A stretch of DNA of 64,000 nt from Bdellovibrionales bacterium. Lineage in GTDB: Bacteria; Bdellovibrionota; Bdellovibrionia; Bdellovibrionales; UBA1609. The translations under genes were made by a program, and so were the position numbers. The notes beneath the pieces are model-generated. The model worked only from the letters and a program-made list of their open reading frames with translations. It was not told the DNA's origin and did not search any database. Location: positions 128,001-192,000 of the forward strand of contig OZ241877.1 in assembly GCA_965203095.1 (NCBI GenBank). The letters are read 5' to 3'. Below are positions 30,022 through 42,301 of this stretch, in pieces (positions within the stretch are counted from its first letter, which is position 1; each line of letters opens with the position of its first letter).

Positions 30022-33000
30022 TTATTTCCCAAAGCCTTTTTCAGAAGAATGGCTATTATTTTCCGAAGACAGGCCCTCAAAGAGGCGAGAAGGAGTAGGT
30101 TCTTCATCCCTATCAAAAGCCAAGGGGTATCTATGGTAAGAGGAAAACACCGTTCCTGCGGGAATGAGCCGGCCCATAATTACATTTTCCTTTAAACCCT
30201 CTAATTTATCCATACGAGATTGAACTGCCGCCTCAGTCAAAATGCGAGTGGTCTCTTGAAATGAGGCAGAGGAAAGCCAACTTTTTGTATTCAAAGCGGT
30301 TTTAGTGATCCCTAACAAAATAGGCTTATAACTTATTGTTCGCCCCCCCTCTTGAATGATCTTTTCATTAGCTGTTTTTAAATCCGAAATATCTACCTGC
30401 TCCCCCGCAATGTAATGGCTGTCCCCGGGATCTGTGACTTCAGCTTTTTTTAACATTTGACGAACAATCAACTCAATATGCTTGTCATTGATGGCCACCC
30501 CCTGAAGACGATAAACCTCTTGCACCTCATCCACAAGGTAAGAGGATAGAGCCTTCGGTCCGGACACATTTAAAATATCATGCGGATCCGTAGTTCCATC
30601 CATAAGAGAATCTCCTTTTTTAATAAACTCCCCTTCCCGAACGGAGACAAATTTTCCCTTAGGGAGTAAATACTCCTTTTGCTCCCCCTCTAAAGAGGTG
30701 ACAAGCAGTTTTTGCTTTCCCTTAACATCTTTTCCAAAACTCACATGACCGTCAATCTCTGCAATAATAGAAGGCTCTTTGGGCCGGCGAGCTTCAAACA
30801 ACTCAGCCACACGGGGAAGTCCTCCGGTAATGTCTTTTGTTTTTGTGCTCTCCTTATAAACTTTGGAAATGATATCTCCGGCGTGAATTTTCTCCCCATT
30901 AGAAACCATCAGCTGAGAACCTACCGACATAGCATAAGCCACAGGTAGATCTCTTCCGGGAAAAAGTGCCGGCTGGCCCTTTTCGTCTAAAATGGCCACA
31001 GCACATTTTTGATCCCCTGAGGGAAGTTCTGTAATGACCTTAGTTGTAAATCCCGTCACAGGATCCACCTGATCTATCACATTGGACCCTTCCTCCATAC
31101 CTTGGAATTGAACCACTCCAGACACATCCGCCACAACAATATTAGTGTAAGGATCCCATTCCGCTATCAACTGGCCCTTTTCCACTTTATCTCCCTCATT
31201 AAAATTTAAAACCGCACCGTAGACTAAGGAGAACTTCTCCCTCTCCCGCCCTGTATCATCTAAAAGGACGGCAGAACCGCCACGGTTCATCACTGTCCAT
31301 TTTTTGTCCCGATTTTGAACCCGATGGACATTGTCAAATTTTAAAGTCCCCGGATAGCGGGCCTGATGAACTGACTGCTCTACTGATCGGGATGCCGTTC
31401 CCCCCAAGTGAAAAGTTCTCATAGTGAGCTGAGTGCCCGGTTCACCAATGGACTGAGCGGCAATAATGCCCACAGCTTCGCCAATGTTGACAGTGCGACC
31501 TAAGGCCAAATCTCTTCCATAACATTTCACACAAACACCATTTTTTGTCTGACAGGTGAGGCTGGATCGGATTTTGACTTTATTTATCCCCGCTTGACTG
31601 ATTTTACTAACAGCCTCCTCATCCAGTTCTTGCCCCTGGCAGGCGATGATTTCTGAAGAAAGGGGATCGGTAATTTCCTCCGCAGTGGTCCGGCCCAATA
31701 TTCTTTCAGAAAGAGGCTCTATCACCCCGCCACTCTCCATAAGGGCAGAGATTTCAATAAAATCCTGACTTCCGCAATCCTCTTCTGTGACAATCAAATT
31801 TTGAGAGACATCCACCAGCTTTCTGGTCAGGTATCCGGAGTTGGCTGTCTTTAAGGCAGTGTCTGCCAGCCCTTTCCGGGCACCGTGTGTAGATATAAAA
31901 TATTGAGACACTGTCAAACCCTCACGAAAATTGGCTGTGATAGGTGTTTCAATAATCTCGCCAGAGGGCTTAGCCATTAAACCCCTCATCCCAGAGAGCT
32001 GACGGATCTGTGCTGTGGAACTTCTGGCCCCCGAGTCCGCCATAATAAAAATGGGATTAAAACTGGCCGCTGATATTTTTTTGTCGTTCACCTCAAAAGT
32101 TTCTTTCTCTAAATAGTCCATCATTTCACTGGCCACTTTGTCGCCACAGTGAGTCCAGGTATCAATCACCTTATTGTATCTCTCCCCCTCAGTGATTAAA
32201 CCCTCATCATATTGGTTGCGGATCTCATCGACTTGGGCACGGGCGGATTTTAGCAGTTCCTCTTTTCGGGAGGGGATCTGCAAGTCGTTAATACCGATAG
32301 AAATCCCCGCTTCTGTAGAATATTTAAAACCCGCATTCATCAGTTTATCGGCTAAAATCACAGTTTTTTTACCTCCACATAAACGAAAAGTCTTATTGAT
32401 CAGATCGGCTAAGGAGCTTTTGTTCATCACCCGGTTGTAATATTTAAAAGGGACTTCCTTAGGGACAATCGCACTGAGCAAAACCCGCCCTACGGAACTT
32501 TCCTCTAATTTTCCAGCCACACGGCATTTGATGCCAGCTTGCAAATCTACTCTCCCTGTCTCAAAGGCGTAAATCAGCTCAGACACATTGGCAAAAACCT
32601 TATCAGAACCTTTGGCCCCAGGCCGTATTCGGGTCATCCAATACACTCCAAGGACGACATCCTGAGTAGGGGCAATTATGGGCTGACCACTGGCAGGGCT
32701 TAAAATATTATTTGTAGACATCATTAAAACACGAGCCTCTGTTTGAGCCTCTACAGAAAGGGGCAAGTGCACGGCCATTTGATCGCCGTCAAAATCCGCA
32801 TTAAAGGCTGTGCAAACTAAAGGGTGAAGTTGGATGGCTCTTCCCTCATGCAACACCGGCTCAAAAGCCTGAATACCCAAACGATGCAAAGTGGGAGCAC
32901 GGTTAAGTAAAACAGGGTGCTCTTTTACCACTTCAGATAAAATGCTCCAAACTTCGTCTGTTTTTTCCTCCACTAAAGCTCTCGCCTGTTTGACTGTCAG

Positions 33001-34173
33001 GGCCAAGCCTCTTCTTTCCAACTTATGGTATATAAAAGGCTTAAAAAGCTCTAAAGCCATAGTCTTAGGCAAACCGCATTCATGAAGACGCAAGTGAGGC
33101 CCCACAACAATTACCGATCGCCCGGAGTAATCTACCCTTTTCCCTAAAAGATTGGATCGAAAACGTCCTTGCTTCCCTTTTAAAACATCACTTAAAGAGC
33201 GAAGGGGTCTTTTATTGGGGCCAGTAAAAACCTTGCCCCCCCGACCGTTGTCTAAAAGGGCGTCCACAGCCTCTTGCAACATACGTTTTTCATTCCGAAT
33301 GATAATTTCCGGAGCATTCAATTCTTTAAGTTTTCTTAAACGGTTGTTCCGGTTGATCACACGGCGGTAAAGATCGTTGAGATCAGAAGTGGCAAAACGA
33401 CCCCCATCTAAAGGCACTAAAGGTCTTAAGTCCGGAGGGATTACAGGAAGAACCTCCAGAATCATCCATTCGGGTTTGTTGATGGATTTTTGGAGATCCT
33501 CCATCACTTTAATTCGCTTTCTCATTTTTTTAATTAAAGCTTCAGAAGAGCTTTCTTCTATATTTTTCCTCAATTTTTTTGTCATCCAATCCACATCAAC
33601 AGATTTAATCAGATTTCTAATAGCCGATCCTCCCATATCCACTGTGAAATGAGGGCCATACTCCTCTCTCGCCTTTTCATAATCATCTTCTGAAAGAAGT
33701 TGTCCTTTTTTTAAGCCTGTATCCATAGGGTCCATAACTAAATAATATTCGCAGTAAAGCACTTTTTGGACATCTTTGACGGACATGCCTAAAAAACTCC
33801 CTATTCGGCTGGAGGCCGTGCCAAGGAACCATATATGAGCCACTGGACTTGTCAGCTCAATATGCCCCATCCTCTCCCTTCGCACTTTAGAGCGAGTGAT
33901 CTCGGTCCCGCATTTTTCGCAAATCACAGCCCGATATTTCATCCCTTTGTATTTCCCGCAAAGGCATTCATAATCTTTGTTGGGTCCAAAAATTTTACAG
34001 CAAAAAAGACCTTCCCTTTCGGGCTTAAAAGTCCGGTAGTTGATAGTCTCTGGCTTTTTTACCTCCCCATAACTCCATTTTCGAATAAGCTCTGGAGAGG
34101 CTATAGATATTCTAATGGATTCTAAAGCTAAAGGATCTTTGGGCTTGTCAAAAAAATTTAAAAGATCTCTCAT
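30022..34173 (-). CDS. rpoC: RNA polymerase beta' subunit
   Basis: [34 protein letters not shown] motifs. Confidence 0.99.
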   Translation of the reverse strand: MRDLLNFFDKPKDPLALESIRISIASPELIRKWSYGEVKKPETINYRTFKPEREGLFCCKIFGPNKDYECLCGKYKGMKYRAVICEKCGTEITRSKVRRERMGHIELTSPVAHIWFLGTASSRIGSFLGMSVKDVQKVLYCEYYLVMDPMDTGLKKGQLLSEDDYEKAREEYGPHFTVDMGGSAIRNLIKSVDVDWMTKKLRKNIEESSSEALIKKMRKRIKVMEDLQKSINKPEWMILEVLPVIPPDLRPLVPLDGGRFATSDLNDLYRRVINRNNRLRKLKELNAPEIIIRNEKRMLQEAVDALLDNGRGGKVFTGPNKRPLRSLSDVLKGKQGRFRSNLLGKRVDYSGRSVIVVGPHLRLHECGLPKTMALELFKPFIYHKLERRGLALTVKQARALVEEKTDEVWSILSEVVKEHPVLLNRAPTLHRLGIQAFEPVLHEGRAIQLHPLVCTAFNADFDGDQMAVHLPLSVEAQTEARVLMMSTNNILSPASGQPIIAPTQDVVLGVYWMTRIRPGAKGSDKVFANVSELIYAFETGRVDLQAGIKCRVAGKLEESSVGRVLLSAIVPKEVPFKYYNRVMNKSSLADLINKTFRLCGGKKTVILADKLMNAGFKYSTEAGISIGINDLQIPSRKEELLKSARAQVDEIRNQYDEGLITEGERYNKVIDTWTHCGDKVASEMMDYLEKETFEVNDKKISAASFNPIFIMADSGARSSTAQIRQLSGMRGLMAKPSGEIIETPITANFREGLTVSQYFISTHGARKGLADTALKTANSGYLTRKLVDVSQNLIVTEEDCGSQDFIEISALMESGGVIEPLSERILGRTTAEEITDPLSSEIIACQGQELDEEAVSKISQAGINKVKIRSSLTCQTKNGVCVKCYGRDLALGRTVNIGEAVGIIAAQSIGEPGTQLTMRTFHLGGTASRSVEQSVHQARYPGTLKFDNVHRVQNRDKKWTVMNRGGSAVLLDDTGREREKFSLVYGAVLNFNEGDKVEKGQLIAEWDPYTNIVVADVSGVVQFQGMEEGSNVIDQVDPVTGFTTKVITELPSGDQKCAVAILDEKGQPALFPGRDLPVAYAMSVGSQLMVSNGEKIHAGDIISKVYKESTKTKDITGGLPRVAELFEARRPKEPSIIAEIDGHVSFGKDVKGKQKLLVTSLEGEQKEYLLPKGKFVSVREGEFIKKGDSLMDGTTDPHDILNVSGPKALSSYLVDEVQEVYRLQGVAINDKHIELIVRQMLKKAEVTDPGDSHYIAGEQVDISDLKTANEKIIQEGGRTISYKPILLGITKTALNTKSWLSSASFQETTRILTEAAVQSRMDKLEGLKENVIMGRLIPAGTVFSSYHRYPLAFDRDEEPTPSRLFEGLSSENNSHSSEKGFGK

Positions 34174-37100
34174 TATTTTTTCTCCTTTTTCTTGTGGGGA
34201 TCATCTGTCAAAACATCCGATTCAAACATTTCTATATTTAAGCCTAAGCTTTTCATCTCGTTGACTAATACATTAAAAGACTCTGGGATTCCCGGCTCTA
34301 AAATATTTTCCCCTTTGACAATGCTCTCATACATACGCACTCGTCCGGCCATATCGTCTGATTTCACTGTCAAAAACTCCTGCAAACAGTAAGCCGCCCC
34401 ATAAGCCTCGATAGCCCAAACCTCCATTTCCCCCAATTTTTGCCCTCCAAATTGGGATTTTCCTCCCAGTGGTTGTTGAGAGACTAAAGAATAAGGGCCG
34501 ATGGATCGGGCGTGAATCTTCTCATCCACTAAGTGATGCAATTTTAAAACATACATTATTCCCACAGTGACTGGCATTTCAAAAGGCTCGCCAGTTCGCC
34601 CATCAAATAAAACTGTTTGGCCTGTCTCTGGGAGCCCAGCATGTTTTAAAGCCTCTTTAATGTCCTCCTCTCCAGCACCGTCAAAAACCGGTGTGGCCAC
34701 ATGGGCCCCCTCCCGTGCCTCTTCCAAAAGATTTTTGATAGAGTTCACAGAGGCGGAGTCAATCGCTTTGCCTATTTGAGAGTCATTAAAATAAACATTT
34801 TTTAAGGCTTTGCGAGCCTCTGCTTCTTTAAAATGATCAATATATTTTTGAAGTTGCTCTCCAAGGCTCACCGCCGCCCAACCTAAGTGGGTTTCTAAAA
34901 TTTGCCCAATATTCATACGAGAGGGCACCCCCAGAGGATTTAAAACCATATCCACTGGCCGGCCATCCGCCATATAGGGCATATCCTCCTCAGGAAGGAT
35001 TTTAGAGACAACCACTTTGTTCCCGTGGCGACCGGCAAACTTATCGCCCACCTCTACCTTTCTCTTCATAGCTACATAAACTTTAATTATTTTGACCACA
35101 CCAGGGAGAAGCTCATCTCCGGCATAAAGGCGATTGATCCTCTCTTTATATAGAGTTTCCAGTGCCTCGGACCGGTGCTGATAATCATCAATCAGTTGGC
35201 CCAATTCCCTGGACATGTCTTCTTTTTTTAAAGGGATATAGGGCAAAAGCTCAAAAGGTATCCGCTTAATGTCCTCTTCTGTAATCTGATGATCTTTTTG
35301 CAAAAGCTCCTTGGAACCGTCGTCGTTGAGGAGAATTTCTGCACTTTTTTCTCCCACAATCAGATCCTTAATTTGATCTAAGGTGTTGCTTTTGAGAGCA
35401 TTTTTTTGAATTTCCATGTCTTTTCTCAGGCGATTTTCTTTCCCCTTAATGATTTTTTCCAACCTTTGGCTTTTCTCAATGCCCTCTCTTGTGTAAATTT
35501 GTGTATCAATCACTGTTCCGGAAACACCGGAAGAGACCCTAAGGGAGCTATCCTTTACATCCCCAGCCTTTTCACCAAAGATGGCCAGCACTAACTTTTT
35601 TTCAGGAGAGATTTGATTTTCTGCCTTAGGTGTGACCCGGCCCACAAGAATATCCCCTGTCTTAACCTTAGCTCCTATTCGAACAATGCCGGAGGAGTCC
35701 AAATTTTTAAGAGCTGACTCCCCCACATTGGGAATGTCCGCTGTAATCTCCTCCCGACCCAACTTGGTGTCCCTGGCTAAACACTCAAACTCCTCAATAT
35801 GAACGGAGGTATAGACATCTTTTTTTATTAACTGCTCCGAAATCAATATGGAATCCTCAAAATTATAACCCGCCCAAGGAGTAAAAGCCACTAAAACATT
35901 TCTGCCCAAGGCCAATTCCCCTCGATCTGTGGCCAAGCCATCGGCTATAATGTCCCCCTTGCCCAACCGATCCCCTTTTTTAACTATGGGCTTTTGGTTA
36001 AAGCAGGTGTTTTGATTAGTCCTCTGATATTTGATCAGGTCATAAATATCCACACTGGCCCCCGTCTGACCTTTTTTATTTAACCGGCGAACCATAATCC
36101 TGCTGGCAGAAACATCCTCCACAACACCTGCAAACTTGCTCACTACACTATTGCCGGAGTCTTGTGCTACAAGCTTTTCCATACCTGTTCCCACAAGAGG
36201 AGCTTTAGATATCATTAAAGGGACCGCCTGCCTTTGCATATTGGATCCCATAAGAGCACGGTTCGCGTCGTCATGTTCTAAAAAGGGGATGAGAGCCGCG
36301 GCTATGGACACTAACTGGCCCGGAGAGACATCCATTAGATCCACATCGGATTTTCTCACCGATTTGTATTCGCCATTGATTCGAGCAGTGAGGAAGTTGC
36401 TCTTCTCAATCCCATCAAAGTTAAAACGAGCCTGACTAATGACATGGGACCGCTCCTCTAAAGCAGAAAAATATTTCACTTTGTTAGTGACAGAACCATT
36501 TTTTACTAAACGGTAAGGAGTTTCAATAAAGCCATTTTCATTTATGCGAGCATAAGTGGCCATAGAGGCAATAAGCCCAATGTTAGGCCCTTCAGGAGTT
36601 TCAATAGGGCAGATCCGCCCGTAGTGGGTGGGGTGCACATCACGCACCTCAAAACCCGCTCGCTCTCGGGTCAGCCCTCCTGGCCCAAAAGCAGAAAGCC
36701 TCCGCTTATGAGTGATCTCGGCTAAAGGATTGGTTTGATCCATAAACTGAGACAGCTGGCTGGATCCAAAAAACTCTTTGACAACGGAACTTACAGATTT
36801 GGCATTGATAAGATCTTGGGGCATCATAGTCTCTATATCTTGAAGGCTCATCCTCTCCCGGATCACCCGCTCCATACGCACTAAGCCCACTCGGTATTGA
36901 TTTTCTAAAAGCTCTCCCACAGATCGAACTCTCCTATTGCCCAAGTGATCAATATCGTCTACTTGACCTTTGCCATTTTTCAAATCAATCAAATGTTGCA
37001 AAACCTGGGAAATATCCCTTATAGTTAAAGCCCCTTGATCTTCTGGAATGTCTTTCCAACCAAAACGATGATTGATTTTGACTCGGCCCACTCGGCCCAA

Positions 37101-38348
37101 ACTGTAAGTCGAATCATTAAAAAACAAGTTTTCAAAATAATGTTTCGCGGCCTCTAAAACCAAAGGCTCACCGGGTTTCATCCGCCGGTAAATATCTAAA
37201 AGAGCCTCCTCTTGACTATGGACCGAATCCATCAAAAGAGTTTTAGACAAATAGGGGCCTGAGGCCAAACTTTCAAAAAAGATTATATCTATCTTTTTAA
37301 TTCCCAAAGAGATGGCTTGATTTACAGTTTCCATAGTGGGAGCTTGGTTGGACTCATAGAGAACTTCACCCGTTTGGGGATGAACAAGGGGCCGGGCCAA
37401 AACCCCACTTTCCAAATCCTCCTCTTCCAACTCCATTTCTTTTATGCCAGCTCCTTTAACTTTTCTCAAAACCGATCGAGTCAATCGCCTTCCCGCTCGG
37501 GCCAAAATATTCCCCTTTTTATCTTTAATGTCCCTTTGTGGGCTTTGCCCCTCCATCTGCTCAATGTCAAAAGTTCTGACAAGCTTTCCCTTTTTCAAAA
37601 ACAATTGATCGATATGGTGAAAGCTTTCCAATATGTCATCTTGGTTTAAACCCAAGGCTTTTAAGAAGATAGTCACCGGAAACTTCCTTTTCCGGTCAAT
37701 ACGGGCATTGACAATATCTTTTTGATCAAATTCAAAATCCAACCAAGAACCTCTATAAGGGATAAAACGGGCAGAATAAATGTATTTCCCACTGGTGCTA
37801 CTTTTCCCCCCATCGTGATCAAAAAAGACCCCCGGTGATCGGTGGATTTGAGAAACCACCACTCGCTCTGTCCCGTTAAAAATAAAGGAGGCATGATTGG
37901 TCATCAATGGAATGTCACTCAAATACACCTCCTGCTCTTTAACATCGCGGATGGCTCGCTTTTTTCCCTCTTCTTTGGGTTCAAAAATGATAAGCCGAAA
38001 GGTGACCCTCAAAGGAGAAGCATAAGTCATCCCTCTTTTTTGCAGGCATTCCCGAACATCATACTTAGGATGAGACAAACTATAATGCACAAACTCCAAA
38101 CTGACCGTGTTGTTGTAATCCGAAACGGGAAAAACAGACTTAAAAATGGCTTGCAGACCAATGTTTTTTCGCTTTTCCGGAGGAACATCCTTTTGCAAAA
38201 ACTTTTTATAAGAGTGGCTTTGCAGATGAATCAGATTGGGAACATCTACAAATTTTCTCGTAGAGCCAAAGCTCTTTCGAAAACGCAGATGAGATCCAGT
38301 GAGAAAGCGTTTTTTCATTCCTTTAGAACCAGGATTAGCTTTTTTCAA
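34173..38348 (-). CDS. rpoB: RNA polymerase beta subunit (start may be 38318)
   Basis: [39 protein letters not shown] motifs. Confidence 0.99.
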   Translation of the reverse strand: MKKANPGSKGMKKRFLTGSHLRFRKSFGSTRKFVDVPNLIHLQSHSYKKFLQKDVPPEKRKNIGLQAIFKSVFPVSDYNNTVSLEFVHYSLSHPKYDVRECLQKRGMTYASPLRVTFRLIIFEPKEEGKKRAIRDVKEQEVYLSDIPLMTNHASFIFNGTERVVVSQIHRSPGVFFDHDGGKSSTSGKYIYSARFIPYRGSWLDFEFDQKDIVNARIDRKRKFPVTIFLKALGLNQDDILESFHHIDQLFLKKGKLVRTFDIEQMEGQSPQRDIKDKKGNILARAGRRLTRSVLRKVKGAGIKEMELEEEDLESGVLARPLVHPQTGEVLYESNQAPTMETVNQAISLGIKKIDIIFFESLASGPYLSKTLLMDSVHSQEEALLDIYRRMKPGEPLVLEAAKHYFENLFFNDSTYSLGRVGRVKINHRFGWKDIPEDQGALTIRDISQVLQHLIDLKNGKGQVDDIDHLGNRRVRSVGELLENQYRVGLVRMERVIRERMSLQDIETMMPQDLINAKSVSSVVKEFFGSSQLSQFMDQTNPLAEITHKRRLSAFGPGGLTRERAGFEVRDVHPTHYGRICPIETPEGPNIGLIASMATYARINENGFIETPYRLVKNGSVTNKVKYFSALEERSHVISQARFNFDGIEKSNFLTARINGEYKSVRKSDVDLMDVSPGQLVSIAAALIPFLEHDDANRALMGSNMQRQAVPLMISKAPLVGTGMEKLVAQDSGNSVVSKFAGVVEDVSASRIMVRRLNKKGQTGASVDIYDLIKYQRTNQNTCFNQKPIVKKGDRLGKGDIIADGLATDRGELALGRNVLVAFTPWAGYNFEDSILISEQLIKKDVYTSVHIEEFECLARDTKLGREEITADIPNVGESALKNLDSSGIVRIGAKVKTGDILVGRVTPKAENQISPEKKLVLAIFGEKAGDVKDSSLRVSSGVSGTVIDTQIYTREGIEKSQRLEKIIKGKENRLRKDMEIQKNALKSNTLDQIKDLIVGEKSAEILLNDDGSKELLQKDHQITEEDIKRIPFELLPYIPLKKEDMSRELGQLIDDYQHRSEALETLYKERINRLYAGDELLPGVVKIIKVYVAMKRKVEVGDKFAGRHGNKVVVSKILPEEDMPYMADGRPVDMVLNPLGVPSRMNIGQILETHLGWAAVSLGEQLQKYIDHFKEAEARKALKNVYFNDSQIGKAIDSASVNSIKNLLEEAREGAHVATPVFDGAGEEDIKEALKHAGLPETGQTVLFDGRTGEPFEMPVTVGIMYVLKLHHLVDEKIHARSIGPYSLVSQQPLGGKSQFGGQKLGEMEVWAIEAYGAAYCLQEFLTVKSDDMAGRVRMYESIVKGENILEPGIPESFNVLVNEMKSLGLNIEMFESDVLTDDPHKKKEKK

Positions 38349-38436
38349 TAGTGCCTTTGGCTGAAATATTCAGCTCCGCTAAAAAACTCCGGCTTAAAAA
38401 AACCAAAGAGAGATGAAAACCACATTTTTTGGAAGT

Positions 38437-38811
38437 TTATTTAATTTCCACTTTGGCTCCTGACTTTTCCAAAGTGGCCTTTATCTTTTCTGCCTCTTCC
38501 TTAGGCAAAGCTTTTTTAATGGGCTTAGGGGCACTTTCCACCAATTCTTTTGCCTCTTTTAAACCCAAACCCGTCACTGATCGAACCTCTTTAATTACCG
38601 CGATTTTATTAGAACCAAAACTGACCAAAGTCACATCAAACTCTGTTTTTTCCTCAACTGTGGCCTCCGCAGAAGGGCCAGCCACCGGTGAAACAGGAAC
38701 AGATGAGGAGACACCCCATTTTTCCTCCAAATCTTTGATGAGGCCCGCCAGCTCTATCACCGGCATCTTAGAAAGGTATTCCATTACCTGCTCTTTATTG
38801 ATTTGCGACAT
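38437..38811 (-). CDS. rplL: 50S ribosomal protein L7/L12
   Basis: [29 protein letters not shown] motifs. Confidence 0.97.
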   Translation of the reverse strand: MSQINKEQVMEYLSKMPVIELAGLIKDLEEKWGVSSSVPVSPVAGPSAEATVEEKTEFDVTLVSFGSNKIAVIKEVRSVTGLGLKEAKELVESAPKPIKKALPKEEAEKIKATLEKSGAKVEIK

Positions 38812-38971
38812 TGTCCCCTCCTCAAAGTCTTGTTTTTAAACTATATCTTGTGACTTTTACCATAAAAGATAATAAAATCAAACATAAAAAAGCATTTTTT
38901 TTAAATATTTCCGGATTAAATTTCCGGCTTAAGCCTTAGAAAGCCCGGATGGCAAAAAAAGGCTTTCCCCA

Positions 38972-39496
38972 TCAAGCTTTCTCTCCTTTTTTGGCCGATA
39001 AGAGCCGGACAAAGCCCCCCGGAACCTCTTGAACTGTAAATAAAAATCGAGACAAAGGGGAAGCCAAAGTTCTCAAAAAAGAAGATCTCAAAACCTCAAT
39101 CGAAGGGAGCTTAGCTAAAGTTTTCACTTCTGCAGGGCTGAGTGCTGAGCCATCTAAAACCGCACTTTTGATTTGAAAGGCCGGATAATCTTCAGAAAAC
39201 TGATCAATGAGCTTGGCCACTTGAGCTGGATCTTCGAAAGCCAAAACAAAACTATTAGGCCCTTCCATAAAAGGGGTATAAGTTTTTTTTAAAATTTCAC
39301 TCCCCGACATGGCCAGTAGGGAAAGAGAGTTTCGTATCACTTGAAGATCCCCTTGGCTTTTTTTTAAGCTCTTCCTCAATTCTGTGATTTGCTGGACTTC
39401 CAAGCCAATGCAATTCACCAAAAAGGAAGCTTTGGCACGAGAAAAATGAGTTTTTAGCCTTTCCACCTGGGCCTTTTTTTTAGCAAGATTCAACAT
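38972..39496 (-). CDS. rplJ: 50S ribosomal protein L10
   Basis: Operon position. GLEV..ITELRK, VIRNSL, LAKLPS motifs. Confidence 0.9.
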   Translation of the reverse strand: MLNLAKKKAQVERLKTHFSRAKASFLVNCIGLEVQQITELRKSLKKSQGDLQVIRNSLSLLAMSGSEILKKTYTPFMEGPNSFVLAFEDPAQVAKLIDQFSEDYPAFQIKSAVLDGSALSPAEVKTLAKLPSIEVLRSSFLRTLASPLSRFLFTVQEVPGGFVRLLSAKKGEKA

Positions 39497-39497
39497 T

Positions 39498-40193
39498 TTA
39501 AATGGCCTCCTGCTCTGTTTGAGAGGACTTGACACGAAGGCCAGGGCTCATGGTGGAAGAAAGGGAAATGGACTTCAAATAAAGCCCTTTGCTGGATTTG
39601 GGCTTGAGCTTAATCAGCTCCCCCATTAAGGCGAGATAGTTTTGTTTTAGCTTTTCAAAACCCATGGATTTTTTGCCAAAAGAGCTTTGGAGAATGCCAT
39701 TCTTATCCGAACGAAAAATAGCCTTCCCTCTTTTTTCATCCTGAACTGCTGGCCCTATCCGGACAGTGACTGAGCCTGTTTTAGGAGAGGGCATCAAGGC
39801 CTTAGGCCCTAAAATTTTAGCCACTGAGGCCACAATGGGCATCATGTCCGGCAAGGCCAAAACACGATCAAAAGCCAACCAGCCCGATTTGATTTTTTTC
39901 ACCATATCCTCCGCACCCACAAAATCGGCTCCCGCCTTCCGGGCCTCTTCCTCTTTTTCCCCTTTGGCAAAAACCAAAACCTTAACTGTTCGGCCCAAAC
40001 CTTGTGGTAAAATCACAGCCCCTCGGACCTGCTCCTCTGGTTTTTTAGGATCAATGCCCAACCGGACAGCAACATCCATGGACTCATCAAAAGAGGCACT
40101 ATTCCAATCCAAAATCAGTTGGAGGGCCTGATCAATGTCATAAATTTGATCTTTTATTTCACTTAAATTTTTTTTATATCTTTTTCCTGCCAT
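39498..40193 (-). CDS. rplA: 50S ribosomal protein L1
   Basis: FDESMDVAVRLGIDP, LGPKALMPSPKTG, SSTMSPG motifs. Confidence 0.95.
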   Translation of the reverse strand: MAGKRYKKNLSEIKDQIYDIDQALQLILDWNSASFDESMDVAVRLGIDPKKPEEQVRGAVILPQGLGRTVKVLVFAKGEKEEEARKAGADFVGAEDMVKKIKSGWLAFDRVLALPDMMPIVASVAKILGPKALMPSPKTGSVTVRIGPAVQDEKRGKAIFRSDKNGILQSSFGKKSMGFEKLKQNYLALMGELIKLKPKSSKGLYLKSISLSSTMSPGLRVKSSQTEQEAI

Positions 40194-40235
40194 TTTTCCT
40201 CCCAATCCAAAATGTTCTCTTTTCCTGAAAAGGCT

Positions 40236-40670
40236 TTATTTTTTAGCCTCCGCAATCTCTAAACCCATACTGCGGGCTGTCCCACGAACTTGAGCCTTAG
40301 CCGACTCTAAACTCAAACAGTTCAGATCGGGCAGTTTGAGTTTAGCAATCTCCTCAATTTGAGCGGGGAGGATTTCTCCCACTTTGTCTTTTTGAGGCAT
40401 TTTAGAACCACTTTTTAAGTTTAAAAGCTTTTTTAAAAGGATAGAGACCGGTGGCGTTTTTGTGATAAAAGAAAAAGACCGATCTGTATAAACAGTGATG
40501 ATCACAGGGACCACAGTATCCCCCAGCTTTTGTGTTTTGGCATTAAACTGCTTGCAAAAATCCATAATGTTCAGGCCATGTTGGCCTAAAGCAGGACCTA
40601 CTGGAGGGGAGGGATTAGCCTTCCCGGCAGGAATTTGAAGTTTAATATAAGCTTGGATCTTTTTAGCCAC
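40236..40670 (-). CDS. rplK: 50S ribosomal protein L11
   Basis: [21 protein letters not shown] motif. Confidence 0.97.
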   Translation of the reverse strand: MAKKIQAYIKLQIPAGKANPSPPVGPALGQHGLNIMDFCKQFNAKTQKLGDTVVPVIITVYTDRSFSFITKTPPVSILLKKLLNLKSGSKMPQKDKVGEILPAQIEEIAKLKLPDLNCLSLESAKAQVRGTARSMGLEIAEAKK

Positions 40671-41052
40671 TTTTATCTCCTTTTTTAATAGGAGGATCTT
40701 CCACTAATTCACAACCTATTATATAATATTGAAATAAAGACAACAGGCCACTGAGAATACAACACATTATAACAAGTGACAATATATATCCATAGCCATA
40801 AGCCCAAAACCTAAAAAAAGAGTTCTCATTTCTGACCCCAAAATTAAAAAACAACAAATAAAGACATATTACAGAGATGAAAGATACTGCCATAAAGATT
40901 TGCTTTTTTTTAGGGCTCTCTCTCAGCCCTTTGAATCTCAAAAAAACAGGACAGGACTTGCATTTATACTCGTATCGCCTCAACATGAAAAACCATTTCC
41001 AAAAAGAAATAGAGCTTTTTTGACAAGATGGGCATTTCATTACATTATTCAT
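40663..41052 (-). CDS. Hypothetical CxxC-CxxC (Zn-ribbon) two-TM protein inserted between nusG and rplK
   Basis: CPSC, CKSC, two hydrophobic helices. Abuts the nusG stop and overlaps the rplK start. Confidence 0.65.
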   Translation of the reverse strand: MNNVMKCPSCQKSSISFWKWFFMLRRYEYKCKSCPVFLRFKGLRESPKKKQIFMAVSFISVICLYLLFFNFGVRNENSFFRFWAYGYGYILSLVIMCCILSGLLSLFQYYIIGCELVEDPPIKKGDKSG

Positions 41053-41592
41053 TTAACTCTCCCTATGAACCTCAGCAAAGTCAAACTCCACAGGAGTAGG
41101 ACGACCAAAAATACTCACGGAAACTTTTACACGGCCCTTCTCCTGATTCACTTCCTCCACGGTGCCATTAAAGTTTTTAAAAGGGCCATCAATCACCAAA
41201 ACAGCCTCTCCAGTAGAAAAGGATATCTGGGCCTGCGGGCGGGTAGAGCTTTCCTCCATTTTCTGCTCAATGACATTTAACTGCTCTTCAGGCACTTCCA
41301 TAGGCTTAAAACGAGCCCCAACAAAATGACTGATATTAGATACATTTTTAATAACATGGGATAACTGCTCACTCAACTTCAGCTGGATAAAAATATAGCC
41401 GGGATAGATCTTTTTTGCCCGAGTCACTTTTTTACCCTTCACTATCTGAATCACATCTTTTTGAGGGATAAGCACTTCGCCAATTTGGCTTTTAAGCTCT
41501 TTTCTCCTCTCCAATAACTCTTCAATCATTTTTTTAGCCCTCCCCTCACAACTGGTTTTCGTTTTTAAAATATACCATTTAAGATCTGGCAT
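41053..41592 (-). CDS. nusG: Transcription factor NusG
   Basis: YPGYIF, DGPFKNFNG, VSIFGRPTPVE motifs. Confidence 0.96.
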   Translation of the reverse strand: MPDLKWYILKTKTSCEGRAKKMIEELLERRKELKSQIGEVLIPQKDVIQIVKGKKVTRAKKIYPGYIFIQLKLSEQLSHVIKNVSNISHFVGARFKPMEVPEEQLNVIEQKMEESSTRPQAQISFSTGEAVLVIDGPFKNFNGTVEEVNQEKGRVKVSVSIFGRPTPVEFDFAEVHRES

Positions 41593-41611
41593 TGTAGCCT
41601 CCTCAAAAAAA

Positions 41612-41992
41612 TCAATCCATAAAAAAACGAATACTGGAACCGGCCACTAAATCAAAAAGACCCAAAACCAGGCCGGAAACAATCAATATTACACAAACTA
41701 AAATAGTCATAGAGTAAAGCTCTTTTTTACCCGCCCAAACCACTTTTCGCACCTCTGTGACGACCTCATCAGCCAGCTTTTGATAAGGTTTATTCAGCTG
41801 AAAAACAGAAAAAGCCAACAGGCCAAAAAACAAAGGCACGCCATGGCGAAAAATGTCTTTACTGTAAAAATTGGCAAAAAAGCCAAAGGCTACAGAGAGA
41901 GTTTCAAAAATCACCCTGGCCACAAAAGCTGTCAAAAACGACAGCAAAATAAAGCTGACTGTGACAATTTTTACATTTTCCGACTTAACCAA
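41612..41992 (-). CDS. secE: Preprotein translocase SecE
   Basis: EVVTEVRKVVW motif, three TM segments, upstream of nusG. Confidence 0.88.
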   Translation of the reverse strand: MVKSENVKIVTVSFILLSFLTAFVARVIFETLSVAFGFFANFYSKDIFRHGVPLFFGLLAFSVFQLNKPYQKLADEVVTEVRKVVWAGKKELYSMTILVCVILIVSGLVLGLFDLVAGSSIRFFMD

Positions 41993-42301
41993 AACAAACC
42001 CCTCGTGCTTTATCCAGTGCTTATATTAAAGTTTTTTTATAAAATCAACAGAAAGTTTAAGGCCCAGCCATTCTTGACCGAGAACCGGGACTCTATTACA
42101 TCACCCTGCAAATCACAAAACTTAACATATAGCGTCAAAAACCTCAAAGCCTATTTTTTTCAACCTAAAGTTTTTTTGAGCTTTTTACCCGCTATAGTGC
42201 CGGAATACGGATTTCTTGCCAGTTGGGTTTTTTTAAGGCTAAAAAAGCTGGAAAAAACTTTTGCCCTGCCATAAAATCAGCCCCAATCCAATAAGGTTTT
42301 T

